64,000 nucleotides of DNA from Candidatus Marinacidobacterales bacterium. Lineage in GTDB: Bacteria > Acidobacteriota > Vicinamibacteria > Marinacidobacterales > SMYC01. The stretch covers positions 448,001 to 512,000 of the forward strand of contig OZ250169.1 of the NCBI GenBank assembly GCA_965237955.1. Reading direction: 5' to 3'. Both the position numbers and the translations under genes were made by a program. Under the pieces are notes generated by a model. The model was given only the letters and a program-made list of their open reading frames with translations. It was not told where the DNA came from and did no database searches. Of this stretch, positions 42,701 to 52,198 are shown one piece after another; position 1 is the first letter of the stretch, and every line of letters starts with the position of its first letter.

Positions 42701-42754
42701 GGCTTTCTGAGACAGCTACACGTAGAGCCAACAAAGGAAGTCGCACATGGCTAA
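39749..42754 (+). CDS. res: Type III-like restriction helicase-nuclease, system 2
   Basis: KMATGSGKT, NDEAHH, MLTEGWD, PDF...VEVTG; paralog of 27571-30645. Confidence 0.92.
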   Translation: MSQVIIENPIINSPFDEPTRHFKFTDEGITDDIVDGRRSSSYFVPIARPKKKGSKQLQFDTEWTQDRIEENKLVNDIRRRVELWRKGGYVGVTPTTARLIAYWTDPNREKKLFFCQNEALETAIYIAEVAKKYGDAWIENAIREGNDTSNPGLPRTAFKMATGSGKTVVMAMLIAWHTLNKRANPQDARFSDTFLIVTPGITIRDRLRVLLPNDPDNYYRQRDIVPAQLQDQLGQAKIIITNYHAFQLRERVSAGKITKSILTDGQPSPFTETPDQMVRRVCRELRAKKSIIVLNDEAHHCYRRKPDSENEKLTGDDRVEAKQRDQEARVWISGLEAVKAKIGVKAIYDLSATPFFLRGSGYPEGTLFPWVVSDFSLIDAIEAGIVKVPRVPVADDSMTGAQPTYRDLWLRIREHLPKKGRKTHKVGGEPKLPVELQGALLSLYGNYEKYYRLWEKNTEARARGITPPVFIVVCNNTNVSKLVFDFIAGWEKQIGEETIVQAGQLPIFRNDDGKGAWLQRPNSVLVDSQQLESGESMSNEFKKIAAREIEEFKAAYRSRFPGRDVENLTDEDLLREVMNTVGKAGKLGEHVKCVVSVSMLTEGWDANTVTHVLGVRAFGTQLLCEQVVGRGLRRMSYAADAKGHFSPEYAEVYGVPFSFIPCSGATTDPKPGPLPTRVRALESRIDYEITFPRLLGYRYDLADEPLTAKFTDESRLALSTADIPTKTENAPIVGESSVHTLDDLKCRRPNEVAFLLAKLTLEKYFRDNDGNDKPWLFPQLLGIAKRWLNECVALKDNTFPQLLLLIEFAHDAVDRIYKAIVASTDSTAALKPILHPYDTSGSTRYVDFDTTRPVFATRADKCHISHVVADTDSWEQKMAEALENMPEIIRYVKNHNLGFTIPYTLNGEERNYIPDFITCIDDGRGPDDLLNLIVEVTGERKKDKAAKVTTARALWVPAINNHSGFGRWTFIEVADPWDAQNLIRGFLRQLHVEPTKEVAHG

Positions 42755-45392
42755 TAAAAGGAACACTCGGAAGACAGTCGAATCCATCCGCCACAAGGAC
42801 AAGCGTGCCAACATTCCCACAGAGGAGCTGCGCGACTTCGTCAGCGATGAAGAACTCGCTCCCAGGACGATGCTTTACCCGCGCGACCCCTCCCTCGATC
42901 CGCAACTGGTCTGGAAGGGCAAGGACAAGCAGGACCGCGAAAACCTCGCTGTTCCCGTAGTGCCTGTCTACATCCAGGAGAAGATTCACCCGCAGGCCAT
43001 CATTGACGCGCTGCCGCGTACCGAGCGGACCGGCGACGCCCAGACCAATCTCTTTGCCGACTTCAACGGCCTCAAGGACGATTTCGAGAAGAAGGTCGAC
43101 TTCTACAGCCAAAAGGACGACCGTCAGAAGCCTTGGTCCAACCGGCTCATCCTGGGTGATTCGCTGCTCGTGATGACCTCGCTGGCCGAGAAGGAAGGTC
43201 TCAAGGGTAAGGTGCAGGCCATCTACCTCGACCCGCCCTACGGCATCAAGTTCGGCTCCAACTGGCAGGTGAGCACCCGCAAGCGCGACGTGAAAGACGG
43301 CAAGGCACAGGACGCCACTCGCCAGCCCGAACAGGTGCGCGCCTTCCGCGACACCTGGAAGCTGGGCATCCACTCCTATCTGGCTTATCTACGCGACCGG
43401 CTGGTGGTGGCCCGCGATTTACTAACCGAGACGGGCAGCGTCTTCGTGCAGATTGGCGATGAGAACGTGCATCTCGTGCGGAACGTCATGGATGAGGTAT
43501 TCGGAAGTGAGAACTTCGCGGGCCAGATCACGTTCTTCAAGACCAGTTCACAGTCCACAATTGGCATCCCGTCTATCGTTGACTATCTGGTTTTGTACGC
43601 GAAGAACAAAGAACATCAGAAACTACGTTCTATCCTGAGATTGAAAGAGCCCGGTGAGCGTGGAGCAAAGCAATACTTATTCGTGATTTCTCCTGACATG
43701 AAGATCATGCGCCGGATGACCGATGGCGAGGTTAGGGGAAGGGAATCCATTCCCTCGGGATGGAAGGTCTGTCGTCCTGGACCGACGACTTCACAGGGGT
43801 ATCAGGAGAATCGAAGCAGCCTTTATGAGTTCCGAAACGAGCCATTCTATCCCAGCCCAGGCCGACATTGGAGCTTGGACCCTAGCCCTGGAAAAGAGAT
43901 GGACCGTCTTGCCAAACTCGGCCGTCTGAGGAAAGCTGGAAAAGGCATCGCCACCGTCTTGCTTGCAGAAGATAATCCGTCGACCGAATTAGACAACGTC
44001 TGGTTAGATACAGGAACAGGCAGCTTTACCGAAGACCAAATCTATGTCGTTCAAACAGCGACCAAGGCCATCGAGCGCTGCCTCCTAATGACCACTGACC
44101 CCGGCGACCTGGTGTTTGATCCGACTTGCGGCAGCGGCACAACTGCCTACGTCGCCGAGCAGTGGGGTCGGCGGTGGATTACCTGCGACACTAGTCGCGT
44201 CGCGTTAGCGCTTGCTCGCACACGTCTAATGACAGCAAGGTATCCGTACTACCTCCTAGCAGACTCCTCCGAAGGCATCAAGAAGGAGGCTGACCTCACT
44301 GGCAAAGTTCCGCCAGAATACAAGACCCATGACGATATCCGTAAGGGCTTCGTCTACAAGCGAGTGCCGCACGTTACGCTTAAATCGATTGCCAACAACC
44401 CGGACATCAAGGAAGGCATGACGCGCGAGCAGATCGACGCTGCCATCGCCCGCTATGCCAACACGGAGACCCTCTACGATCAACCCTACGAGGACAACAC
44501 GCGGGTGCGGGTGTGCGGGCCGTTCTCGGTGGAAAGTCTCTCGCCTCACCGCGTGCTCTCCGCCGCCGACGAAAATCAAGATGGCACAGTCAGCGAGCAA
44601 GAAGGCCGCAAGCAGCAAGACTTTTCCACCATGATTTTGGAGAACCTGAAGAAAGCGGGCGTTCAGAACACCCGCAAAAGCGAACGGCTCAGCTTCGACC
44701 GTCTCGATCCGTACGCCGGAGCATGGCTGCACGCGGCGGGAGAATACATCAGCGCTGAAGGTAAAACCCGCCGTGTGGCCATCAGCATCGGCCCCGAGCA
44801 CGGGACCGTCGGTCCTCACCAAGTAAAGGAGGCCGCCAAGGAAGCAGTGCAGGGCGTAGGCTTTGACATGCTTGTTGTCTGTGGTTTCGCCTTCGACCCG
44901 CATGTTGCCGAAGAGGTGAAACGCTACGGCAATCTGATCGTGCTTCCCACCAAGATGAACCCTGACCTAGTGATGGGCGATGAACTGCTCAAAAAGACCG
45001 GCGCGGGAAACCTGTTCATGGTCTTCGGCGAGCCGGACGTGGAGATCAAGAAGCAGAAGGACGGGCAGATCATGGTCGAGATCAAGGGAGTGGACGTGTA
45101 CGACCCGACTACCGGTCAGATCCGCAGCGCCTCCACCGACGACATTGCCTGCTGGTTCATCGACAGTAATTACAACGGCGAGAGCTTCTTCGTACGCCAC
45201 GCCTACTTCACAGGGGCTGAAGAACCGTATGACAAGCTCCAACGGACGCTACGGGCGGAGATCGACGAAGCCGCGTGGAGCCGTTTGTACAGCACGGTGA
45301 GCCGGCCGTTCGACAAGCCAGAAACGGGCAAGTTCGCCGTGAAGGTCATCAACCATTACGGGGATGAGGTGCTGAAGGTGTTTGAAATATGA
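42747..45392 (+). CDS. mod: Type III-like RM DNA methyltransferase, system 2
   Basis: IYLDPPYG, DPTCGSGTT; overlaps the res stop; central region diverged from mod 1. Confidence 0.92.
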   Translation: MANKRNTRKTVESIRHKDKRANIPTEELRDFVSDEELAPRTMLYPRDPSLDPQLVWKGKDKQDRENLAVPVVPVYIQEKIHPQAIIDALPRTERTGDAQTNLFADFNGLKDDFEKKVDFYSQKDDRQKPWSNRLILGDSLLVMTSLAEKEGLKGKVQAIYLDPPYGIKFGSNWQVSTRKRDVKDGKAQDATRQPEQVRAFRDTWKLGIHSYLAYLRDRLVVARDLLTETGSVFVQIGDENVHLVRNVMDEVFGSENFAGQITFFKTSSQSTIGIPSIVDYLVLYAKNKEHQKLRSILRLKEPGERGAKQYLFVISPDMKIMRRMTDGEVRGRESIPSGWKVCRPGPTTSQGYQENRSSLYEFRNEPFYPSPGRHWSLDPSPGKEMDRLAKLGRLRKAGKGIATVLLAEDNPSTELDNVWLDTGTGSFTEDQIYVVQTATKAIERCLLMTTDPGDLVFDPTCGSGTTAYVAEQWGRRWITCDTSRVALALARTRLMTARYPYYLLADSSEGIKKEADLTGKVPPEYKTHDDIRKGFVYKRVPHVTLKSIANNPDIKEGMTREQIDAAIARYANTETLYDQPYEDNTRVRVCGPFSVESLSPHRVLSAADENQDGTVSEQEGRKQQDFSTMILENLKKAGVQNTRKSERLSFDRLDPYAGAWLHAAGEYISAEGKTRRVAISIGPEHGTVGPHQVKEAAKEAVQGVGFDMLVVCGFAFDPHVAEEVKRYGNLIVLPTKMNPDLVMGDELLKKTGAGNLFMVFGEPDVEIKKQKDGQIMVEIKGVDVYDPTTGQIRSASTDDIACWFIDSNYNGESFFVRHAYFTGAEEPYDKLQRTLRAEIDEAAWSRLYSTVSRPFDKPETGKFAVKVINHYGDEVLKVFEI

Positions 45393-45424
45393 TGAGCGCG
45401 GAGACGTTGAGATTAGGGTCACTC

Positions 45425-45785
45425 CTCAGAAGCGTAGCGGGTGTGGCAACGGACGCAATCTGGGCCAGCGCCTCGCGGCCCAGAGCCTGGGCCTTGTCAT
45501 AGAGCTTGAGACCCTTGCGCCGAAGCCCGGCTCGTCCATCCTGTTCGGCGAGAAGTCGCTCCGTCATGCGCTTAGGGAGCACGTCATCTACCATCACCAC
45601 GAGAGGAATCATCAAGGCAAGGAGCATCTGCTGCTGTTCCCAGCCAGCGACCTGTGCCTTCTATTTATTCATCCGCGCGCACCGAACTTGATTACTCTTC
45701 GGTCTACCGGCACCATGCCTACATGATTTCGTCGTTGGTTCGCGCTCCCATCTCTGCCTTCAAGGCTCGTCGCGAGCTGGTGCCC
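45425..45785. pseudogene. Patchwork of three rve-element fragments
   Basis: 45425-45530 matches subfamily A, 45535-45655 matches 35040-35155, and 45720-45780 is an N-terminus (MISSLVRAPISAFKARREL). Confidence 0.7.
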
Positions 45786-45802
45786 GCGGATGAGTTAAAT
45801 GA

Positions 45803-47152
45803 CCTGTGCATCATCAATATCCGTCCGCTCCTGAAATCAAGGACTTACGCACCGTTCACGCCTCGGCCAACGAGCGCATCTCCCGCTTGAGATCCAGGTC
45901 TTGAGACGGCAAACTCTGCCGCCATGCTCCGTGTCCTCATCTTCCTCGTCTCACTCGGCGCCCGTGCGATCCGGGCGATGTGTCGGCGCCGAGCCGACCT
46001 CGTGATTGAAAACCTGGCCCTGCGGCAGCAAGTTACGGCGTTGAAGAAGGAGCGCCCCCGGCCACCGCTCGAGGACACGGACCGAGCATTCTGGGTTGCG
46101 CTCCGAAGCTCGTGGCCAGCGTGGGCGAGCCGGCTCGTTATCGTGAACGCCGACACGGTCGCCCGGTGGAATCGAGATCGGTTCCGCCGATACTGGGCTC
46201 GGATCTCCCGTCCGCGCTATCCAGGTCGACCTCGGATTGATGCCGAGATTCGTCGTCTCGTCCGCACGATGGCCCAAGACGGCTGGGGTGCACCTCGTAT
46301 CCACGCTGAGCTGACGAAGCTCGGATTCGTTGTCAGCGAGATGACGGTGTCGCGATACATGCCGCACCGCCGAGCCGAACCCGACGAAGTGAAGCGATGG
46401 ATTGCGTTCTTGCGGAACCACAAGGACGACATCGCCGCGATGGATCTGTTCGCCGTACCGACGGCGTCGCTACGGCTGCTGTACGGCTTCTTCGTCATCG
46501 AGCACGGCCGTCGCCATATCTTGCACTTCAACGCGACGTACAACCCCACGTCAGCGTGGGTGATTCAACAACTGCGCGAGGCGTTCCCATACGACACGGC
46601 ACCACGATACTTGGTCTTTGACCGCGACGCGATTTTCAGCCCTGCAGTGGTGGAGTTCATCAGGGCCATGGGCACAAAGCCTGTTCGCATTTCTTATCGC
46701 AGCCCTTGGCAAAACGGTACCGCCGAACGCTGGATCGGAAACTGCCGCCGCGAGATGTTAGAGCATGTAGTTGTCCTCAGTGAGCGGCATCTCGTCCGGC
46801 TCATGCGCTTGTACATCAGCTACTACCACGAGGACCGTTGCCACTTGGGTCTCGACAAAGACACCCCGAACTCAAGACCCGTCACGCCCCGACCATCACC
46901 GACCGCAAAAGTCGTCGCGTTGCCGCGAGTGGGTGGGCTCCACCACCGCTACGAATGGCGCGACGCCGCCTGAGCCAGTTTAGTCGCTGCGCGTCGATTG
47001 CTGGGGTCCCTCGCGATTGCGTTGTCCAGCTCCGCGGCCCATTGATCGCGTGATCTCGGCAAGTGCCCGCGCGCGCCGACCCGGGTTTCTTCGTTCGTCG
47101 TAGGGCCACCAGCGGTACCATTCCCGCTGGATCAATAATGATGAAGGACAGG
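45803..47152 (+). mobile_element. rve-integrase element, subfamily D, short imperfect TIRs
   Basis: CCTGTGCATCATCAATAT ... ATAATGATGAAGGACAGG; IHF-consensus AATCAAGGACTTA at 45835-45847. Confidence 0.75.
45924..46973 (+). CDS. Integrase-core (rve) transposase
   Basis: ENLALRQQV, WGAPRIHAEL, AMDLF, FDRD, SPWQNGTAER, YYHEDRCH. Confidence 0.9.
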   Translation: MLRVLIFLVSLGARAIRAMCRRRADLVIENLALRQQVTALKKERPRPPLEDTDRAFWVALRSSWPAWASRLVIVNADTVARWNRDRFRRYWARISRPRYPGRPRIDAEIRRLVRTMAQDGWGAPRIHAELTKLGFVVSEMTVSRYMPHRRAEPDEVKRWIAFLRNHKDDIAAMDLFAVPTASLRLLYGFFVIEHGRRHILHFNATYNPTSAWVIQQLREAFPYDTAPRYLVFDRDAIFSPAVVEFIRAMGTKPVRISYRSPWQNGTAERWIGNCRREMLEHVVVLSERHLVRLMRLYISYYHEDRCHLGLDKDTPNSRPVTPRPSPTAKVVALPRVGGLHHRYEWRDAA

Positions 47153-47302
47153 GTGCATTGGTACAACACGCAACGACTCTTGGAGCCGATCGGGAATGTC
47201 CCCCCGGTCGAGTACGAGATGAACTATTATCGGTCGCAGGAAGGCTCGCTAGAGATGGCGAGACTCAACTAAAACACTCTCCGGAAAACCCGGGGCGGTT
47301 CA
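47153..47302 (+). pseudogene. 3' remnant of the IS3 element seen at 54520-55833
   Basis: Near-identical sequence ending CCGGGGCGGTTCA. Confidence 0.85.
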
Positions 47303-47714
47303 GCATATCGACAGGCCTCATCACTGTCATAACCGCATGCTATTGAGAATCCCTCCTGCAGAAATCCATGCGACAATCCGCCGACCCCGTCCTGTGCCAA
47401 AACTCGGCCCTTTTGAAATAGACTGGTCCCGTCGTGTCCAAAAACACAAACGAACTCAAGACCCGCGATTTCAAAAACTTGTAAGCAGGCGCTTCTGCAC
47501 ACGGGCACCGCGACCTCGGCCGGCGCGCCAAGCACGAGACCCGGGTCAGCGGGTTACGGCCTCTGTCGGGCGAAGCGAGGTCGGTAGCGTGTCCTTCTTC
47601 ATTATTATAGTCGTTCCCTTGGGTATCAGCGAGGAAACCGCGGTAGGGTTCGAGGGCTGGCGCGGTGCTCCGTAGGCGCGGCCTATCTGTTTCTCCCCGT
47701 TTCCTGTGGGAGTG

Positions 47715-47870
47715 CCTAGGCGCCCGCTCACGCTCGACGAACAACCTGAGCTGCTTCCGAAGGAGAAGATTCACTGCGGCGAGGGCGCTGCGCGAGCGGC
47801 ACAGGGTTGCGAACGAATGCAACAGCGTCCGGGACAATAGACCGGATATTCGAGAACGATCGCAAGAGTG
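47715..47870 (-). pseudogene. N-terminal fragment of an rve element
   Basis: LCRSRSALAAVNLLLRKQLRLFVER; homologous to 3219-3445. Confidence 0.7.
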
Positions 47871-48029
47871 AGCCTCTCCCTCTTACCATGTCAGTTTCCA
47901 ACAGGAAGTCGTATGGTCCCCGTCCTTGAAAGCGGGAAGCTCACAGACCTCAGGGTTCTTCTCGCTGGCTGAGACGGGTCATCCGCACCAGGTGAAGTTG
48001 GCCAGTTTGAAACTGGTCGGTTGGCTCAT

Positions 48030-48700
48030 TCATTCATCTTCTCGAACCGTGTTTTGGCTATTTCGCTTTCCTCTGGCAGTCTGAGCAGTCGTGCCCTGCC
48101 CCGTTTGGTCTATACGCCCATTGTCGGGCGGTGTGAATATAATAGTAGCGAAGCGTTTCTCAGGAGCTTCCCCTCCCGCTTGTCGCCCCCGCCTCTGCGG
48201 GAACCGTCGCTCAAGCAGCCACATAGCACTCTTTATCGAAGGCGGGCGAGTCTCTGTTGCTATCGTAGCGGACGTGAATTTTCCATCCCCCAGCTTCCCA
48301 TTCACCACTTGCCCGCCCTTGTATCTGATGGTTTGGCGAACGATCCTCGTCTCCTCGGTCGCGCTCCTGTATCAGTGCCGTGTTCGATCCTGGACCCGCG
48401 CTGCTTCTCTTCGGTCATCGCTTTCCTCCCTTTGGTTAAGCGCACGGCCGCATTCGTGAAACCCAGCACGAGCTAGCCCACCCTAGGAACCTTTCCGGCG
48501 GTTCCATCCTGTTAGGTCGTTTCATTTTCAAAGGACTTGGGAGATTTCTCCCGCTCGGCCATCATTGGCATCGGTCCGTTAGGTAGGCCATCTGCGCCAA
48601 CCTGGTCACTGGATCGTCGAATCTGCGTACCAACGCGATTGGAGCTTGGCCCGCGAACCAGTCACGGACGGTCATCCCCGGTAACATCCTCGAATCACTG
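48030..48700 (-). pseudogene. Phage-like gene remnants
   Basis: AMWLLERRFPQ (terminase small subunit-like) and GMTVRDWFAGQA (common phage motif); weak. Confidence 0.35.
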
Positions 48701-48790
48701 ATGGTCTTCGCCACTCTCAGCTTTCCAGGCGTCAAACTGCCCCGTATCTCGCTCTCTTGTCCGCCTCTCGTATCGCTCGGTCGTGGTGAC

Positions 48791-49282
48791 CCCGTCCTGT
48801 GCCAATACTCGGCCCTTGGCCCGGTCGCAAACACAGACACTAAGTTGCTGATTTATGGCCTATTTCAAAGGGACTTATACCTATGGCTTGACACGCGCCC
48901 GCCGCTTCCGGTGGGCGGCGAGGCTGGATTTGGCATGGCGCTTGCGCTTGCGCTTCCGCTCGTCGTCACCGTCCTGCGGCTTAGGTTTGATTTTTTTGGT
49001 GCGTGGTAGCGGGCGTTTTCTCCGCAAGCCGTTTATTTCCAACGGCTTAGGTCCGCGGTGTGGATCGTAATAAGTCATCGTGTCTCCCGTTGGGAGACAG
49101 CCGGACGAGCCCGGCCTCGGTGAGTTCGGGCGCTGTGGGCTGCGCCAGCAGCCCAGCCATGTAGCGGCGGCGGATTTCCCTGTTTCCTAGCGGCTTCCGT
49201 ATTCACTATCGCCCTTATTGGGGTTGTCAAGCTAGCGGTATAAGTCCCATTTCAAAAGGGCCGAGTTTTGGCACAGGACGGG
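48791..49282. mobile_element. ~490-bp mini-element bounded by inverted subfamily-A termini
   Basis: CCCGTCCTGTGCCAA at 48791 and TTTTGGCACAGGACGGG ending at 49282; contains a 65-aa basic ORF at 48881-49078. Confidence 0.6.
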
Positions 49283-49417
49283 GGGCATGACCCCAAAAAG
49301 TGGGGTCATGTTTCTGAAAAACTCACCCCTTTGCCGGGGTCATGCCTCTGAAAATGGGGTGGGGAATGTCTCTGGAAAACCCCCCCTCAAGCGGGGTCAT
49401 GATCCTGAAAAATCACA
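49283..49417. repeat. Orphan IS end with repeated GGGGTCATGNNNCTGAAAA units (IS21-like)
   Basis: Four to five units, last followed by terminal ...AATCACA. Confidence 0.55.
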
Positions 49418-49447
49418 ATAGACTTCCAACCCGTGTGCTCGACTAAT

Positions 49448-49888
49448 TTACTCCCACTGCCGCGGAACGTCTTTAAAATCGCTTTGTGCTAATCGCTTCA
49501 ATTCCCCAAAACTCTTCGGCGAATCAGCCTGGACTTTTTCCCAAGCCAGACGGAAGGCTGGTAATGATAGATTCGACCTAATTCCTTCCCTCCAGAACGT
49601 CCACGTGACCTTGCTGACCCGTCCGACTTGCCGCTGGAACGTCTGTTCGTTAGAGAGATCGATATAGTGATAGAGGTAGGGTAACGCCTTCTCTTGTTCT
49701 TCTTCCGTCAATTCTCGACCGAGTAGCGCTCCTGTCGGAATATGCCGTGCCAACTCACGGTATTCCCTGGCCAGCGCGTCCTCGAAGTCGGTCTGTGCCT
49801 GGCGGGCACCGCGTCGGATCTGCCACCACGCCAGAAAGACGCCGACGGCCGTAGCGATTCCCGCGATGACGGTGATAGTCTCGCTCAC
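49448..49888 (-). CDS. Hypothetical protein with an N-terminal TM helix
   Basis: 146 aa; GTG start overlaps the drmC-like stop (GTGA). Confidence 0.7.
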   Translation of the reverse strand: MSETITVIAGIATAVGVFLAWWQIRRGARQAQTDFEDALAREYRELARHIPTGALLGRELTEEEQEKALPYLYHYIDLSNEQTFQRQVGRVSKVTWTFWREGIRSNLSLPAFRLAWEKVQADSPKSFGELKRLAQSDFKDVPRQWE

Positions 49889-50270
49889 GTTTCAAACACC
49901 GTACGCAGAAGGTCGGCCGCCAGCATTTCGTCGAAGAAGCGCGCAAGCTGGGTTCCCAGAGAGTGTGTTTGGAGCCGGAGCCCCACCTCGACGTTTCGCT
50001 GCTGAGCGGCTTCCGTGAAGTTGGCCGAGCTGACGAACACATGCTCCACGTCCACCACAATGCACTTCGCGTGCAGGGCGGCCCTCGCGTCCGCGCTCTC
50101 CACCAGTGACGACGGAAAGTAAGAACAATTCAGGCAAGGGCCGAGCCCGTGGCCAATCGCGTTCGCGGAAACTGTGTCCAAATCGACGGACAACCTCGCT
50201 CGAAGCCAATGTGTCGCCGGCCTGACGGCGAACATCCAGAAACATGCGCACGGACAGACCGCTCCTTTCC
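49885..50270 (-). pseudogene. drmC: DISARM DrmC-like phospholipase D nuclease, 5'-truncated and frameshifted
   Basis: VRMFLDV...RDWP...PELF | YFP...LHAKCIVVD...SSANFTEAAQQRNVEVG; frameshift near 50121. Confidence 0.75.
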
Positions 50271-50420
50271 TAGGCGACGACCCTAAAGTGCTTCTATCTC
50301 AAGCCGGATAACGCGCAGCGATCGGCGTGAAGCCTGGTCGGTCAAAAAGAACCACCAGCCATTGGTGCGCTTGCCCGTGATGGCTGCGGCTGCTTCAGAC
50401 AGCCTAGCATAGGGTACGCC

Positions 50421-51226
50421 GGTACTGTCAAATTGAGCTGGTGACTGACAGAATGGTCCAATGAAGACCGATGCGCCAAGCTACCACGGCTATCGATTTC
50501 CACCGGAAATCATCAGCCACGCCGTCTGGCTCTACCACCGATTCTGCGTGAGCTTTCGAAACGTCGAAGAGCTGCTTGCTCAGCGAGGCATCACGGTTTC
50601 TTACGAAGCGGTCCGACTTTGGTGCATCAAGTTCGGGCCGGAATACGCTCGGCGACTGAAGCGTCGGCAAGGTCGTCTCGGTGACACGTGGCACCTAGAC
50701 GAGGTCTTCATAAAGATACAAGGTGAACGCCAATACCTCTGGCGGGCGGTAGACCAAGATGGTGATGTGATTGATATCCTCGTCCAGCCTCGCCGTGATC
50801 GGAAAGCCGCCAAACGATTCTTCCGCAAGCTGTTGAAGGGGCAAGGCCGCCCGCCCTGGCAGCTGGTCACCGACAAGCTGAGAAGCTACAGCGTCGCTCA
50901 CCGCGAGGTCATGCCGTCCGTCGTCCACGACACCGACCAGTACAGAAACAACCTAGCCGAAGTCTCGCACGAACCGACGCGACAACGGGAACGACAGATG
51001 CGGAAGTTTAAATCTCCAGGACAGGCGCAACGATTCTTGACCGTGCATGGACTCGTGCAAAACCTCTTTCGCGTCGGACGGCATTTGTTGCAAGCGCATC
51101 ATCATCGGGAGCTACGAGACCGCGCTTTCATCGTCTGGCACGAGGTAACCTGTGCCGTCCGATGAGAGCAAAGGAAGTCAGCTCGACGCGATAGGTTCGC
51201 TCGCTCAACGTCAACTTGACAATACC
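50421..51226 (+). mobile_element. IS6-family insertion sequence
   Basis: TIRs GGTACTGTCAAATTGA / TCAACTTGACAATACC. Confidence 0.92.
50461..51165 (+). CDS. IS6-family transposase
   Basis: RFPPEII, WHLDEVF, YLWRAVD, VTDKLRSY, NNLAEVSH. Confidence 0.95.
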   Translation: MKTDAPSYHGYRFPPEIISHAVWLYHRFCVSFRNVEELLAQRGITVSYEAVRLWCIKFGPEYARRLKRRQGRLGDTWHLDEVFIKIQGERQYLWRAVDQDGDVIDILVQPRRDRKAAKRFFRKLLKGQGRPPWQLVTDKLRSYSVAHREVMPSVVHDTDQYRNNLAEVSHEPTRQRERQMRKFKSPGQAQRFLTVHGLVQNLFRVGRHLLQAHHHRELRDRAFIVWHEVTCAVR

Positions 51227-51248
51227 CTCAGCGATGTTGGCACAGAGG

Positions 51249-52052
51249 GATTGCGCTGTCGGCTGCCCGCCGGCCCCGATGCGAGCAGGGCGCCCTTGCG
51301 CGGCGGTATCAGCACCCTCGGCGAGCGATGAGCGCTGTGATTCTCGATCGCCTCATAGACGCCGCTGGCGTCGTATGCGGTGTCAGCTCTGGCCGATGAA
51401 ATGGGACTGTCGATCTGTCCGACAAGCGATGCAACCCGCGATGAATCGCGGGCTCTTTTGCTCGTCAGCTCGCCGGCGACGACTTCGCCACTCTGCTCGT
51501 CGACACACAGATGGAGCTTGCGATAGTCCCTGCTCTTTGGTGCTCTGCGCAGCTGGCCGGCGTGGACAGCGAGACCGCTGCTGTCGATCAAGATGTGCAA
51601 CGGCGTCTTCTGCTTGTCTTGGTAGAAGGGGACCTTACCCAGCTTCGCCTTGCGCCTCGAGATCGTGGTGTGATCGGGCACATCATTGTCTAGCTTCATC
51701 AGAGCGAACAACGATCGTAGCAATCCCTCGCTCTGCCTAGATGACAGATGAAACACCATGCCCAAGGTGACAGCCGTCTCGATGGCGTGGTTCGAGTACT
51801 TGCGTTGACGGCCCGGTTTCCTCCTCCTCGGCCGGGGCGCGTCCCAGTTCACAAGCTTGCCGGCGGTGAGCGAGACCCAGACGGTCAGGCTCCCGCGGTT
51901 GCGTAGACCCGCCTCATATTCACGCCAATTCCTCACGCGATAGGCCTTCTTCACATACTTCCGCTGAGTGCGTTTGAAAATGCTCATGGGGAACCTCGAA
52001 TCCGCGAGTACAGGACAATTGTGGACCGAGATCGCGAGTTGTGCACCAAGGC
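51249..52052 (-). pseudogene. Left end and N-terminal three-quarters of an IS903-group element
   Basis: TIR GCCTTGGTGCACAACTC; ORF from 51987 with NWREYEAGLRNRGSL, IDSSGL, ADTAYD; breaks at RQRN. Confidence 0.88.
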
Positions 52053-52198
52053 ACCGACGGGGCACTGGCTCTGCGATAGGCGCTCCCGAGCAGACCTCTC
52101 ATTCTAGCTCCCGTTGCCAACCAAGCCTAGACACCTCTCATCCGAAACGCCCCGGTGCGCCGGTCTTGAGTTCGTTTGTATTTTTGGACACGACGGGC

